From Octopus sinensis (Eukaryota), in NCBI RefSeq assembly GCF_006345805.1, contig NC_042998.1, positions 55,552,001 through 55,616,000 of the forward strand: a stretch of 64,000 nucleotides of DNA. Reading direction: 5' to 3'. The position numbers and the translations under genes are program-made. The notes under the pieces are model-generated. The model saw only the letters and a list, made by a program, of their open reading frames with translations, searched no databases and was not told where the DNA came from. Shown piece after piece: positions 18,432 through 30,675 of the stretch (positions are counted from its first letter, which is position 1; each line of letters starts with the position of its first letter).

Positions 18432-18765
18432 AGGAGTGTAGCTTAGAGGTTTGTGTATTCGGTTCACCATCGTAGGGTCTGAAGTCCGATTCCCAGCGAT
18501 GCGTTGTGTCCTTGAGCAAGAGATTGTATTTCACGTTGCTGCAGTCCACTCAGCTGGCAAAAATGAGTTGTACTTGCAATTCAAAGGGACAGTCTTGTCA
18601 TATTCTCTATGTCACGCTGAATTTCCCTGAGAACTATATTAAGGGTAAACGTCTCTGTGGAGTGCTCAACAACTTGCCGTTAATTTTACAAACGGCTTGT
18701 TCTGCTTATCGAATCAACTGGAGCCTTCATCGTTGTAAGCGACGGAGTACCCAGCCACACGCCTG
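18432..18765 (+). mobile_element. tRNA-derived SINE family C
   Basis: tRNA-like head, GTTGTGTCCTTGAGCAAGA...GTCCACTCAGCTGGCAAAAATGAG, tail GACGGAGTACC; matches the element at 57322-58072. Confidence 0.75.
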
Positions 18766-18786
18766 AGATTTGTGTGGAGCATAATA

Positions 18787-18954
18787 GTCGATTAAATCAC
18801 CCCTAGTGCTCAACTGGTACTTCTTTTATTGAATCCGAAAGGATGAAAATCAGGGTCGACTTCGATGGAATTTGAACTCAGAAGTTCAGATGAGACCAGA
18901 TGAAATGCCACTAAACGCTTCGTCCGGCCTGCTAACGATTCTGCCAGCTCGCTG
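18787..18954 (-). mobile_element. SINE family B
   Basis: Reverse complement of the family B core and head. Confidence 0.75.
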
Positions 18955-19469
18955 TCTTTCATTGTAATACGATGATTATAGCACATACTTCAAAATATCT
19001 CATTGTTAATATTAGAGCAAGACACACTGTCATATCTAAGGTTCTAAGTATCTGTATTTTCAATTGTGTTGAGGTGGAATACGAAATAAATGGTTATTGA
19101 AATATTTAGATGTGCATCCTTCTACACATACTTTTCAGGAGTTGAACAGATTCGTTTGTACTTGAGATGATCTTCCCTGATTATGCTTCGTTATTCTATT
19201 GTGTTTGTTCCATTTTAGCCCAGGTTTTTCATTCTTTATAGCTATACCATGGTCATCAGTCCTAAGCAACCCACAAGTTGAGCCCACGGCCATATGATCA
19301 TGAGCTCAACACTCTAACTATTCTGCCGTGCACCTTCAGAATATAGTAGTCGTCACTTGCAAGAAAATGTGACATGGGTTGGGAGCTTGTACCAAGCTTT
19401 TGCTAATTGTTATAAGTTGCTATGAAGCCGTGAGCAAACAGAATCCCCTACTCAGTCGTCTCACCGTTA

Positions 19470-19675
19470 AACGAGAGAACACTGAGGATACGAGAGCTGG
19501 AGGGAGAAAGTGTTATACAAGCACTCATCTCCTACAGATTTCGACTGAATAGATTAGAACAGTGAGAAATGAAGTGCTTTACTGAAAAAGAAAACGCACC
19601 GTCTGGTTCGGGAATCGATCCACAAACTTATGATCTTATTACCAATGTTATAACCAACAGGCCACGTGCTTTCAC
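19470..19675 (-). mobile_element. SINE family C-related, degenerate
   Basis: GTGAGAAATGAAGTGCTTT...GGGAATCGATCC...TAACCAACAGGCCACG. Confidence 0.5.
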
Positions 19676-19772
19676 ATCTAATTATCTAGATTGTAATATA
19701 CACTATTGGTAATTTTATAGTGTACGACTTCGAAGTTTCGCCGGTAAAATTCTCGTCGGATACTAATGTTTG

Positions 19773-19811
<39 letters not shown>

Positions 19812-19824
19812 ATGTGTGTGTGTG

Positions 19825-19855
<31 letters not shown>

Positions 19856-19965
19856 TTGTGTGTGTGCATGTGTATGTATATAAGTGTATGTATCTATCTA
19901 TATCTATATAGGTATGTATGCACGTATAAATATATATATATATAAATATATTGTAGGTAAGTGTG

Positions 19966-20009
<44 letters not shown>

Positions 20010-20383
20010 TGTGTGTGCGTGTGTGTTTCCCTGTTCCCGGATCCATTTAACTTGTCCCTTTTTTCGCAGCCATTGTGGTCGAATCGTCTTATTGAGAAAC
20101 TATTCTCGTAGCAAATGAACATTTTTTGATAAACTTTACTATATTTTGTACGTAACAGTAAGTCATCTGACTTTTCGTGTTAATAAATATACTGATCCTC
20201 ATACTTATAATTTTACACAGAATATGGAAAAGAGACACGCATTGTGAAATAATTGTACTTAACTTTAGATTCATGCATCTCGTTTTACAATGCTGTTGTA
20301 ACAAATTAAAAACCAAAACTCGTTAGTAAATAGACACTTATGTGTCTATTCACTATACAATTGTCTTTTTTTATCACTTCTAT

Positions 20384-20624
20384 CTTTCATTTGTTTCAGT
20401 CATTAGAGCGCGGTCATGCTGGGGCACCGCCTTGAATAATTTCTTTGTTGAACGAATTGACCGTAGTATTTATTTATTTTTTAAAGCTTGGTATTTATTC
20501 TATCGCTATCTTTTTGCTGAACCGTTAATGTTACGGGGACGTGAACACACTATCACCGGTTTTGAAGCAGTGGTGGGGAGACAAAAACAGATACCAAGGC
20601 ACACAATATACATACACACACACA

Positions 20625-20692
<68 letters not shown>

Positions 20693-20890
20693 ATATATAT
20701 ATATATATAAGTATGTATGTATGCATTCATGTATGCATGCTTGTGTGTATGTATATGACGTACGTTTTCCAATTTCCGTCTACCAAATCCACCAACAAAG
20801 CCTTTGTTGGGTGGCGACAAAATTAAAAGACACTTGTTTAAGGTCTCATGTAGCGTCACTGAACCTGAAACCATATGGATGGGGAAAAGG
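20384..20890 (-). mobile_element. SINE family A, degenerate, with expanded internal microsatellite
   Basis: Tail TTTCAGTCA...CATGCTGGGGCACCGCC and head TCCGTCTACCAAATCCAC. Confidence 0.75.
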
Positions 20891-20939
20891 TATCAATACT
20901 AATATGTTAATATCTAATTCTATATTTGCTGAAGAAAGA

Positions 20940-21230
20940 GAAATAAGGTTGCCGCGATGACGTTGCCGCGGAGAAAGGCCACTGACACTCGATGCAGCAG
21001 CCACTCCACCTCGCGGGGATTATTTTTCCAATGAACCGCCGTTATCCCTATTTTGAGGAGGAAATCGTTAGTACGAGGTCCTAGAACACTTGACGACTCG
21101 AGGGAGGCCGGCACAAACTGATAGAGCCAGTCAGGCCACTGTATTTATTGACTTTTTTCCCTTCTGCGTTACGGGCAGCGACACTCGAATAAGGATTAAA
21201 AGACGTAAAAGTGAATAGTCGTGTTTTAAC
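20940..21230 (-). mobile_element. CRE-like RLE retrotransposon, 3' relic
   Basis: AARNAEGKKVNKYSGL, FVPASLESSSVLGP and EVEWLLHRVSVAFLRGN resemble the CRE-type RLE end (ETLG...QRLS.A.QRGN). Confidence 0.6.
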
Positions 21231-21248
21231 TCGGTATATGAGAAAAGG

Positions 21249-21474
21249 CGAGCTGGCAGAATTGTTAGCATGCCGGACGAAATGCTGAGCGGTATTTCGT
21301 CTGCCGCTACGTTCTGAGTTCAAATTCCGCCGAGGTCGACTTTGCCTTTCATCCTTTCGGGGTCGATAAATTAAGTACCAGCTACGCACTGAGGTCGATG
21401 TAATCGACTTAATACCTATGTCTGTCCTTGTTTGTCCCCTCTGTGTTTGGTCCCTTGTGGGTAGTAAAGAAATA
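21249..21474 (+). mobile_element. SINE family B, full length, 16-bp TSD
   Basis: TSD GGTATATGAGAAAAGG at 21233-21248 and 21475-21490. Confidence 0.92.
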
Positions 21475-22365
21475 GGTATATGAGAAAAGGATTACGAAAA
21501 AGAAAAGTAGCAATTCCCGTGATCTTCGCATCTTAGTGCCTTCAAGTAAGTAGAAGTTATATTAAGAGGTTATGTCAAATAACACGAAGAAAACGCAAGT
21601 AAAATTATGTGTGAAAACCCCGCCAAAATGCTGCGTGGCACAGATCGCCAGAATCTTCACATATGTCAAAGATAACTTCATTGTTTTACTTGGTAAGTTT
21701 TGTTATCAGCCGAACAATCTTAAACAGATCAAGAAAAGAAATCTATGGTTGTTTATTTTCTAGCTCCATCGTTTATTAATAATGTTTGAAGTTTTTGAAG
21801 AATATTAGTTAAAGATGTTATGATTACAAGATTATACTATGACTATGTATTTTCTCTATATTTGAGAATATCTCAAGTGTTTTGCGCTCTTTAATATTAT
21901 AAATAAGACGTTTTTATTGTTTTGTTTTCACAAAACTTCTCACATTCTTGGTAGGTTTCAAATTGATAATTTCACTTTCATAATAATTTTTTTCTGGAAG
22001 TTTGTTTAGTAAGAACCGTTTTTTTAGAGACTCGATATATGCTTTACCGTAAACATTCTATTGTTTTGTTCTTGTCATCAGTAAAAATTAATTTAAATTC
22101 AGTAACATTATACCTCTGAAAGGGTAAAAGAAGATGATGAAAAAATTTGTAAAGCAATTTGTTTTGAAACACTTTGCATTGAACAAAAACTATGTAATTA
22201 TATTAGACCAAATACGCCTTCTTTGAGCTCCACATAAATTCAGTTTTCTGAAGTATAATAATTACAACATATGCTATAATAACTACATTGCGTCAATGTA
22301 TTCGAAATATGTGTAACACATATTTTATGGTAAGCATAGCTTTCCACTGTCATCTGTATTGCGGT

Positions 22366-22815
22366 AAAAGCAGCTTCGCTTTTCCCTCGCGAACATCTTT
22401 TCTCAATATTTAAACATTTAACTATGTAACTAGTATTTTGCAACCTTATGCCACTGCGGCCAACTTTGCCTTTCATCCTTTCGGGGTCGATAAATTAAGT
22501 ACCAGTTACGCACTGGGGTCGATGTAATCGACTTAATCCGTTTGTCTGTCCTTGTTTGGCCCCTCTGTGTTTAGCCCCTTGTGGGTATAAAAAAAAACCA
22601 GCTTCGCTTTTCGCTCGCGAACAACTTTTCTCGATATTTAAACATTTAACTATGTAACTAATATTTTTGTAACCTTAATGCCGCCGCGGTCGACTTTGCC
22701 TTTCATCCTTTCAGGATCGATATAATAAAGCACCAGTTGAATACTGGGGTCGCTGTAAATCGACTTATCCCCTCCTAAAACTTGCTGGCAGAATGCCTAA
22801 ATTTCAAACCAATAT
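22366..22815 (+). repeat. About 228-bp direct duplication, each unit ending in a partial family B SINE
   Basis: CAGCTTCGCTTTTC.CTCGCGAACA.CTTTTCTC.ATATTTAAACATTTAACTATGTAACTA at 22371 and 22599. Confidence 0.85.
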
Positions 22816-23679
22816 TTCGTAACCATACGTTGTACTTACTATACACATAGCAAATTGCTTCATATAAGTCTATTATATACTGTTTTGTATGTCTTCCGTT
22901 AATTAGTTTATATACAAATCGTAAATTGCTTTGTAAACTATCCCTAAACTAATTCCTATAAACCTCCATATTGCATAAGCAGTTTGTATAAATTCTAGGA
23001 ACTAGTTTGTGAACTTTTCCTAAAGCCACGTGTCTGTTGTTATCGTTGGCGTCGTTGTTGTTGTTGCTGTTGCTTTTGTGTGTGAGGGGCGGTGATGGGG
23101 GCTATTCAAGCTCTCAGATCTGGTCATAGCATTGCAGCTGTAGCCATATCGTTCATTTTGCTTTTTAAACACTCTGTATTCAGACTTGTATTTTTCAGTG
23201 TGTCCTTCCATGCAGAAAGGTGGGTTTTGATGAAGATTTGGTTGCTATTTCTCGCACGACGATCGTCCACGTAGAATTTAACCTCGTGCATTCGTATGTG
23301 AATAGCAATTACTTCTCTAATAGCAGATTCCTTTAGTCAGCACTCTCATCATTTGAGTGATTAATTATCCAACTTGCCATTACACCAATTATAGAAGTAG
23401 TAATCGAAAACATCTGAAACTATTTCCATTCCATTCGAAGAAATCTTGCAACAGAATTAATTTCAAATCAATTATTTTTGATGATTTTTTTTTGTTACTT
23501 TTCTTTTTTTTTCTTTTTTTTTTCAATTTATCTATTCGGAAAACTACTTTCTGAATGAATAGTGAGTATTTACAATCGTCTTTCGATGTGATTATTAATT
23601 AAAATTGTGATAATTAGAACTACTCGACATTTTCTATCATTCTGAAATTTTGTTGTTATTTTTATTGTTCTCATTACAG

Positions 23680-23811
23680 TATTCAGGTGTAGGTGTTTAA
23701 GCGTATCTCACCGACTCACCGTTCAATATTCTGAACTTAGAGGTGAAAATTTTACTCTAGAACAGACTCCGATTAATAAGAATACTAACGTAGTCACTCA
23801 ACCGGCAAGGA
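23680..23811 (+). CDS. Candidate phase 1-1 exon, FRCRCLSVSHRLTVQYSELRGENFTLEQTPINKNTNVVTQPAR
   Basis: Acceptor TTTTTATTGTTCTCATTACAG, 54 open codons to TAA at 23844, weak donor GTGAAC; no homology recognised. Confidence 0.2.
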
Positions 23812-24007
23812 GTGAACTCATTCTAAGTTACACTTTACTGTTTTAAAAATAACAAAGTTATATTTGATAAATGTATCATAGTTCTAAATTTTTTTTATTT
23901 CTGAAATGAAAAGAAGGTGTATTCGCCGTTTGATCACAAGTCTGATCAATCAGAGCAAATATGAGTCTAAACAACAACAACAACAACAACGACAACAGCA
24001 GCATCAA

Positions 24008-24200
24008 GTGGAGACGCAATAGCCCAGTGGTAAGGGCAGCGGACTTGCGGTCTTAAGAACGCGGTTTCGATTCTCAGACCGAACATTGTGAGTGTTTATT
24101 GAGCAAAAATACCTAAGCTCCACGAGGCTCCGGGGGGGGGGGGGGATGAACCCCGCTGTACTCTTTCACCACAACTTTCTCTCGCTCTTTCTTCCTACTT
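24008..24200 (+). mobile_element. tRNA-derived SINE family D
   Basis: GGAGACGCAATAGCCCAGTGGTAAGGGCAGCGG...GGTTTCGATTCTC A/B-box-like head continuing into non-tRNA sequence. Confidence 0.65.
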
Positions 24201-24477
24201 TTTCTACAAAGCAGATGAACCATGGTGTAACCCATTATGGTGTGGTAAACTTTCAGAACCTAGTCTAGATTGCGAATCCTCTGTACCCCAAGATGGTCCA
24301 GCTCTCCACCCGTTAAAAGCCACCGTTTACGGAATGAGGATAACAACGTAGCTTTCGCACCCGTGCAACCACCAGTCTATCGCGTGTGGTGGGTGGATCT
24401 TCAAGTTGCTACACGCATTCTTAGTAGCTTAGAGTAGGCTCGAATTAGAGATTATTGTTTGTGGCGTGAGCCCTGAT

Positions 24478-24577
24478 TAGAAGAAGAAGAAGAAGAAGAA
24501 GAAGAAGAAGAAGAAGAAGAAGAAGAAGAAGAAGAAGAAGAAGAGAAGAAGAAGAAGAAGAAGAAGAAGAAGAAGAA
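24478..24577. repeat. (GAA)n microsatellite
   Basis: Direct reading. Confidence 0.95.
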
Positions 24578-25430
24578 CACAGCAGCATCAACATAGATGA
24601 CAACAAGAAATATAATGGGCAAACTAATTTGCATTGTGATTATCAATATCGCTCGTTTTCTTTTAACGCGATGATATGGCACCTTGTATCTCTTCAAACT
24701 ATCATGTTATAGAAAATATAACAAGGATATGAATCTTAGTACAATACTACAGGTATAGTTTTCCCCCACTCCTACCCCCCTCTCTCACTCACACACTCAC
24801 ACATGCATTCGTGTATGTGTTTGAGTATGTGTATTTGTGTTTGAATATGTGTATTTGTGTGTGTTTCAAGCGTGTCTGTTTCGCTTGCATGTCTGCTTTT
24901 AAAGGGGTACTGAAAGATTAAGAAATTAACAGCAAAGTCATGAAGTTCTGGGTTCGATAGTATTAGGCGGCACCTTTGAAAGTACATGTCCAACAAAAGC
25001 TTCGGACAAACCTGATCGTTGTTAGACATCAGGTCATATAAAAAAAAATCTTGCAACTGGTACCATGTAACCCTCGTACGACCTGTTCCATGGATAGGTG
25101 GTCGGTGACTAAACCGCCGCCACTCCCCACCACCACCACCACCACCACCACCACCACCACCACCACTAGGATGGTCTTCTGGGCACACTGCATGACTAAA
25201 AACAAGACCTGTGAACCAACGGTTAGCCACACGAGTGGTGGTTCGTAAAATCATCCTGCATGTGGTCAGACAAACTGTGCAGCCCGCCCAAAACCATAGC
25301 CACGAAAACTTTACTGAAAAAGATTTTTTGTTCTCTCAAGTCGGAGTCGACGTCCACGAGTGATGTGGTAAGAGAGAAGTTGTTACACAAATTAGGTAAA
25401 GGAAAACTGCGTGGAAGATCGCCAGATGAG

Positions 25431-25508
<78 letters not shown>

Positions 25509-25553
25509 AAGCGGAGTTGTAAGGTACCGCACGAGTGGAATTATACATGAAAG

Positions 25554-25948
25554 AAGGTTTGAAAATGCAATTTTAAAAGATGTTTATTTACGTTACCGGT
25601 TTCACTTTTTAGAAAAAGATTGTCAAAAGTAAAATGTAAAAGCTTGGTTGTGTTAGTAACTAGTTGTCACAAAATACTACAATACATATATACATTCTTT
25701 GATAACAAGAACATGCCCAATATTTTGATGAACTTGTTAATCTTTTTTATATTTTCCCAAGATTTTCCCTTGTAAACTGTTCTTAACATGTTCTTGTTAT
25801 CAAAGAATGTATATATGTATTGTAGTATTTTGTGACAACTAGTTACTAACACAACCAAGCTTTTACATGTTACTTTTGACAATCTTTTTCTAAAAAGTGA
25901 AACCGGTAAAGTAAATAAACATCTTTTAAAATTGCATTTTCAAACCTT
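25554..25948. repeat. Fold-back inverted repeat, 162-bp arms with 2 mismatches, 71-nt loop
   Basis: 25554-25715 is the reverse complement of 25787-25948. Confidence 0.95.
25870..25914 (+). ncRNA. Type I hammerhead ribozyme motif, U3:A8 core variant, mirrored on the minus strand in the left arm
   Basis: Helix I TTACTT/AAGTAA, core TTGACAA, helix II CTTTT-TCTA-AAAAG, GAAA, palindromic helix III ACCGGT, GUA cleavage triplet. Confidence 0.6.
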
Positions 25949-25949
25949 A

Positions 25950-26960
25950 TGAAATATGTTACGAAAAGAAAATATAAAATATAAAATACACGTGGAAATG
26001 TAAGGGTAAAATATGAAAAAATCAACGAAAATGCATATTGCAAATAGAAAAAGGCTATTTATGACAGGTAACGAAAAATATATACATTTAGATTGACTGA
26101 GGTAGTAATACGAGTCATAAAAGTCATTATTATGAGATGATTATAAGATGATAATAAAGTAAGGGAACAAAACGAACCAATGCTTTACGCAAAGCTATTC
26201 ATCGTTTGAACAACACCGGTTAATACACGGTGTCAGGTCAAATAGTTCCTGAGAAAAAAGATTATTTGTAAGGGAGGTAAGTAGTTCTGGATTTAGAGAT
26301 GTGAGTGGTGTAGTAAGTGTATAGGGTTTAGTGGTTTCAATTGAAGAGTTAGTGGTGTTCTGTATTGAGTTGTGTGTTCATATTTAGTTGGGGGAGAAAT
26401 TTATTGATGAAAAATGCCTCTTTATTCAACCCTTGTTGCATTGTGGTGTTCTGTGAACATTGGTAAAAGGGAAATATTTGGAAATTGGGATTAAGATTCC
26501 TGGCACATCTTTCTATGTGTTCACTCACATTTAACTGTCTGTATTGTGGGTGACGGATTTGCTCTTTGTGAATGGGGATTCTTTGACGGAGCGAAATTCC
26601 TGTTTGTCCAATATAGAGTTTACCACATCCTATGCATGTCATGACATAGATTACATTTGCTGAGGCGCTGGTGAAATTTGATTTGATCTTAAATATTTCT
26701 CCTTATTTGAATTGGAATTCTGAACCCCCCAGAAGATGGGGGCATGTTCCACAGTTAGAACGCCCACATTTTGTCACTTTTGGCTTAGTTGTTAGTGGGT
26801 AAAGTCTAGCGCTGGTTAATACTTTTTTCAGTGACTTCGGTTGCTTTTTGCTTTTTATAATTTTATATGAGCTTAAAATTTCGTTCATTGTTTTATCTGC
26901 TGGGATGGGAAGGTTTGGGTGATGATGTTGAAGGCTTCGTTGTTTCTGGGGTTATGTGTG
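25950..26960 (-). mobile_element. Penelope-like element 3' fragment (GIY-YIG endonuclease)
   Basis: KSKKQPKSLKKVLTSA, KCGRSNCGTCPHL, VIYVMTCIGCGKLYIGQTGISLRQRIPIHKEQI. Confidence 0.85.
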
Positions 26961-27107
26961 GTTTCATGTGAAGAAGAGTATGAAAATATCCAAGTATCTT
27001 AACAATTTTTCAAGGCGATCACATGGAGAAAGGGCTTTTCCATGTGATCGGCTTGAAAAACTGCTAAAATACTTGGATATTTTCATAGTCTTCTTCACAT
27101 GAAACCA
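26959..27107. repeat. Inverted repeat, 69-bp arms with about 5 mismatches (5' inversion of the Penelope-like fragment)
   Basis: 26959-27027 is the reverse complement of 27039-27107. Confidence 0.9.
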
Positions 27108-27183
27108 ATGGTAGCCTTAATTCACAAATACGGAAATTATTTACCCACCAATGCAGTGTTGAGCACGCATTCCAGCATTTCGC

Positions 27184-27250
<67 letters not shown>

Positions 27251-28444
27251 GTTCTTAGGAGAGAAAATTAGAAAGTCGTGGATATTATAGAAATCTAAGG
27301 ATATTATAGAAATCTTCATGTATTAAGTCGTAATGTTTAATGTTTGCAGAAAATATATCAATTTTTTTCTCTCTAAAATCTCTTTAAGAAAATTCCTATC
27401 ATAATCCTTTGTTTATCTTTGGTATTTTAAAGACAAATTAGTAGCAATTTGGCCAAAATGTTTTCGCGAACTAGTAATTAAAATATAAGAAATAATTAAA
27501 AAAAAGCTAAATAAGAAAAACTATAGTGGTAGTATTTTAGGAAAACAATAGGTGTATATATGATTAGAGATGCGTAGGAAGGAGAAATAAAGAAGGAAAA
27601 ATAGGAAGGATTAAGTTAACAAAATATATATATATAAATAAACATGAAAACGAAGCCAGAAATACTTAAATAAGTAGAGAAGAAATTTTGTACGAGAAAC
27701 GAAATAAAGGAAATGAAATTTAGGAAAGGGTGGGAATTGTTGATTTAATTTAAACTCGAAATGATTTAGAAAAGGATGTGACCTTTGTTTTTGTTGCAGT
27801 TGTTTTCTTATTCCTTTTCAATTTAGACACAATTGTACCACGTTAGAATTTCCAAAAAACACATGTTCACACTAATTTCTCTTGCTTTTATTTATTTAAT
27901 ATATTCTATTATTTGTTCAATTCCAGTCAACGGTCTATCATGTTTTTTCTCGTCTCCCTCCGAGTCGAAACTACATATTGAAATAATATATCTTTCAGCT
28001 TAGTGTTAGCCTTTTCATTATTTTGGGGGTTTTTTTCTTACCAAAGTTCTTCCTCTTCCGACTAATATTGTTTCTTATGGAAACAATATAATTCGATATG
28101 GCTCAATCCCATCAAACACCAAATTAAAAAAAAAAGAAGAAGGCTACCAATCACGTGCAGTTGTTTAAATTATATAAATTTATCTGCTTCCGGTACGTAG
28201 CACATATTTTTGCTGGCACTGTTAAACTGTAATAACAAAGAGTGAAAAATAGTGATAAATTTGAGTTAATTAAAAGAAAAGAAACAGAACACTGCTGATA
28301 TGCAGAATATTTTACTTTTTTTAGTTAGAATTATGCAGTTGGATGCAGGAGAGAAAGAGAAAAAGAGAGGGAGAGAGGATGGAGGAATAAACTTGAAATT
28401 AAAAACAAGAAAGCAAATTCATTTAAAACAGGAATATATTCTTT

Positions 28445-28700
<256 letters not shown>

Positions 28701-29362
28701 TTAGGAAGAGAAAACGTGGGTTTACTTTGTGTGCACACTGTATTAGCGTGCAGTAGCCTCAAGGGTCAGATTAAGATATTCTTAGATGAAAAATGAAATG
28801 AAGAGAAAAAGGGGAAAATGGGAGAAACATCGGGAAAATAACAAGGAGAAAATATCACATGAGGTGTTATTACAGCTGGACTTCATATCGAATTTAAGAC
28901 AATCATTTATATATTTTTTTAATCTAGCAATTTGTATTCAGTCATTTTTTACTATTTCTACATTTTGACGAGATTATATTCTTTACTGATAACATGTAGC
29001 TTTAAAGAGAATATTTTCAAGAACTAGCCTAAGGTTACAAACGTGCCGAGTAAGCTGAACTTCGGCGCCCTTATACACACACGCATGCATACATACATGC
29101 GTGTGTGTGTGTGTGTAATAGGGATATTCCTTCAATTTTACATCTCTCTGACATCTCCCTCACTGATGGTGGAATAATTTGCTTACAGAATCGGTAGTCG
29201 ATATGGTGATCTACATGCTTGGCTGTTCTAGAAGCAACTGTAAAAGACTATATGCTTATATTCTCTGTCTAAATTAAATATCCTTTTCAACTGATGCAAA
29301 ACATTTTGCCTTTTCATTTTCATTAGCATATTTAAAAAGATTAAAAATTGTGTTACATACAA

Positions 29363-29605
29363 AATTTAGAGGAATGACCACTAATGTGGAGATCCTTTAT
29401 GCTAAATATAGACGTCAAATCGCCATTACTACGAAGAATGTGTTCTCAAGAAAAATCTCAGCAAAAAACGAAAATGTAAAAATAAGCATTACATTTTGTT
29501 TTTTTGCTAAGATTTTTCTTGAGAGCACATTCTTCGTGGTAATGGCGATTTGACGTCTATGTTTAGCATAAAGGATGACCACTTTAGTGGTCATTCCTCT
29601 AAATT
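29363..29605. repeat. Fold-back inverted repeat, 117-bp arms (about 92% identical), 9-nt loop
   Basis: 29363-29479 is the reverse complement of 29489-29605. Confidence 0.92.
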
Positions 29606-29614
29606 ATATATATA

Positions 29615-29695
29615 TAGGGGGAGAGTTCACGAAAAAACAAAAGACGAAGATAGGTGGTGTACAAAACAAACAGATGTATTAGTATAACGCACAGT
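29615..29695 (-). mobile_element. Truncated copy of the repeat at 39080-39235 (putative Penelope pseudo-LTR end)
   Basis: AAAACAAAAGACGAAGA.AGGTGGTGTACAAAACAAACAGATGTATTAGTATAACGC is the reverse complement of about 39163-39220. Confidence 0.7.
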
Positions 29696-29705
29696 ATATA
29701 TATAT

Positions 29706-29760
<55 letters not shown>

Positions 29761-30254
29761 ATAGCTTTCACAGGGATATATGTATATATATATAGCTTTC
29801 ACAGGGATTAAAACATGTAAATATATGAATAAGGTGTTTATTACCAGAAAAACACTATGGCTTTCATCTTTTCGTTGGCAGTAAAACTATAATAATCCAA
29901 GACGGTGTATTGTTACCTTGCTGTATTTGTTACCTTGCTGTATTTGGCTCAGGTCGCCAGTTTGATTATTCCTTATGCTCGTCAGTCTGAGAGGCTCTGT
30001 AAAAGATCATAGACGTTGCCTCAAGATCCCAAACAAGATACCTGATGCCGCCAACCACGTGGTGCTCCGAACGACTTCCCGTTTGGTCAGTGCTTTCGGA
30101 TGACCCCGAATGTTCCTATAAAATTTGTTAGATGGTTTTAGTTAGTTTTAGAAATGCTTCAAAATTCTACTGAAATGTCATAAATTGTCAAATTTAGTTA
30201 GAAGTAAGTAGTAAAATGTAGTGTTGTGTCATTTTTAATATGGTGATGTAATGT

Positions 30255-30675
30255 AAGGCGGCACACTGGCAGGATCGTTAGAGCTCCAAGAAATATGCTT
30301 AGCGGCATTCCGTCTGTTTTTACGTTTGCGCTCAAATTGCCTTTCATCTTTTCGGGGCAGATAAAATAAGTACCAGTTGAACGATTGCAGGTAAATTCAC
30401 CACCATCAATTCACCGCAGGGAAAATTCACCGTGAGGAAAGTTCATCGCGAGAAAAGTTTTCCAAGAAAATATATCCATAGTGACTTACTATTAATAGTT
30501 AAAAACTATTTTATTTAATTAAAAAATGGTGAATTGATGACGGTGAACTTTCCCCGCGGGGAATTTATGACGGAGAACTTATCGGACATGCAGTTTAACA
30601 GTGGAGTCGATGTAATCGACTTAACCCCCGCCTCTGAACTTGCTAGCCTTGTGCCAAAATTTGAAACCAATATGT
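30255..30675 (+). mobile_element. SINE family B split by a MITE-like insert (30382-30594)
   Basis: SINE core stops at GTACCAGTTGAA and resumes at CAGTGGAGTCGATG; the insert has inverted AATTCACC/GGTGAATT subterminal motifs. Confidence 0.7.

Noticed and set aside
23200-23220. Plus-strand 21-nt micro-exon
   Set aside because: Its donor lies at the start of a dispersed repeat, so it is probably chance
24008-24085. Possible tRNA gene
   Set aside because: No closing acceptor stem or proper cloverleaf; it continues into SINE body
24880-25110. Possible hAT or Merlin transposase relic (SNPELHDFAVNFLIFQYPF)
   Set aside because: Similarity is too vague to assign
29148-29195. Hammerhead-like CTGATGG...GAATCGGTA
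   Set aside because: Core is degenerate and helices I and II do not form
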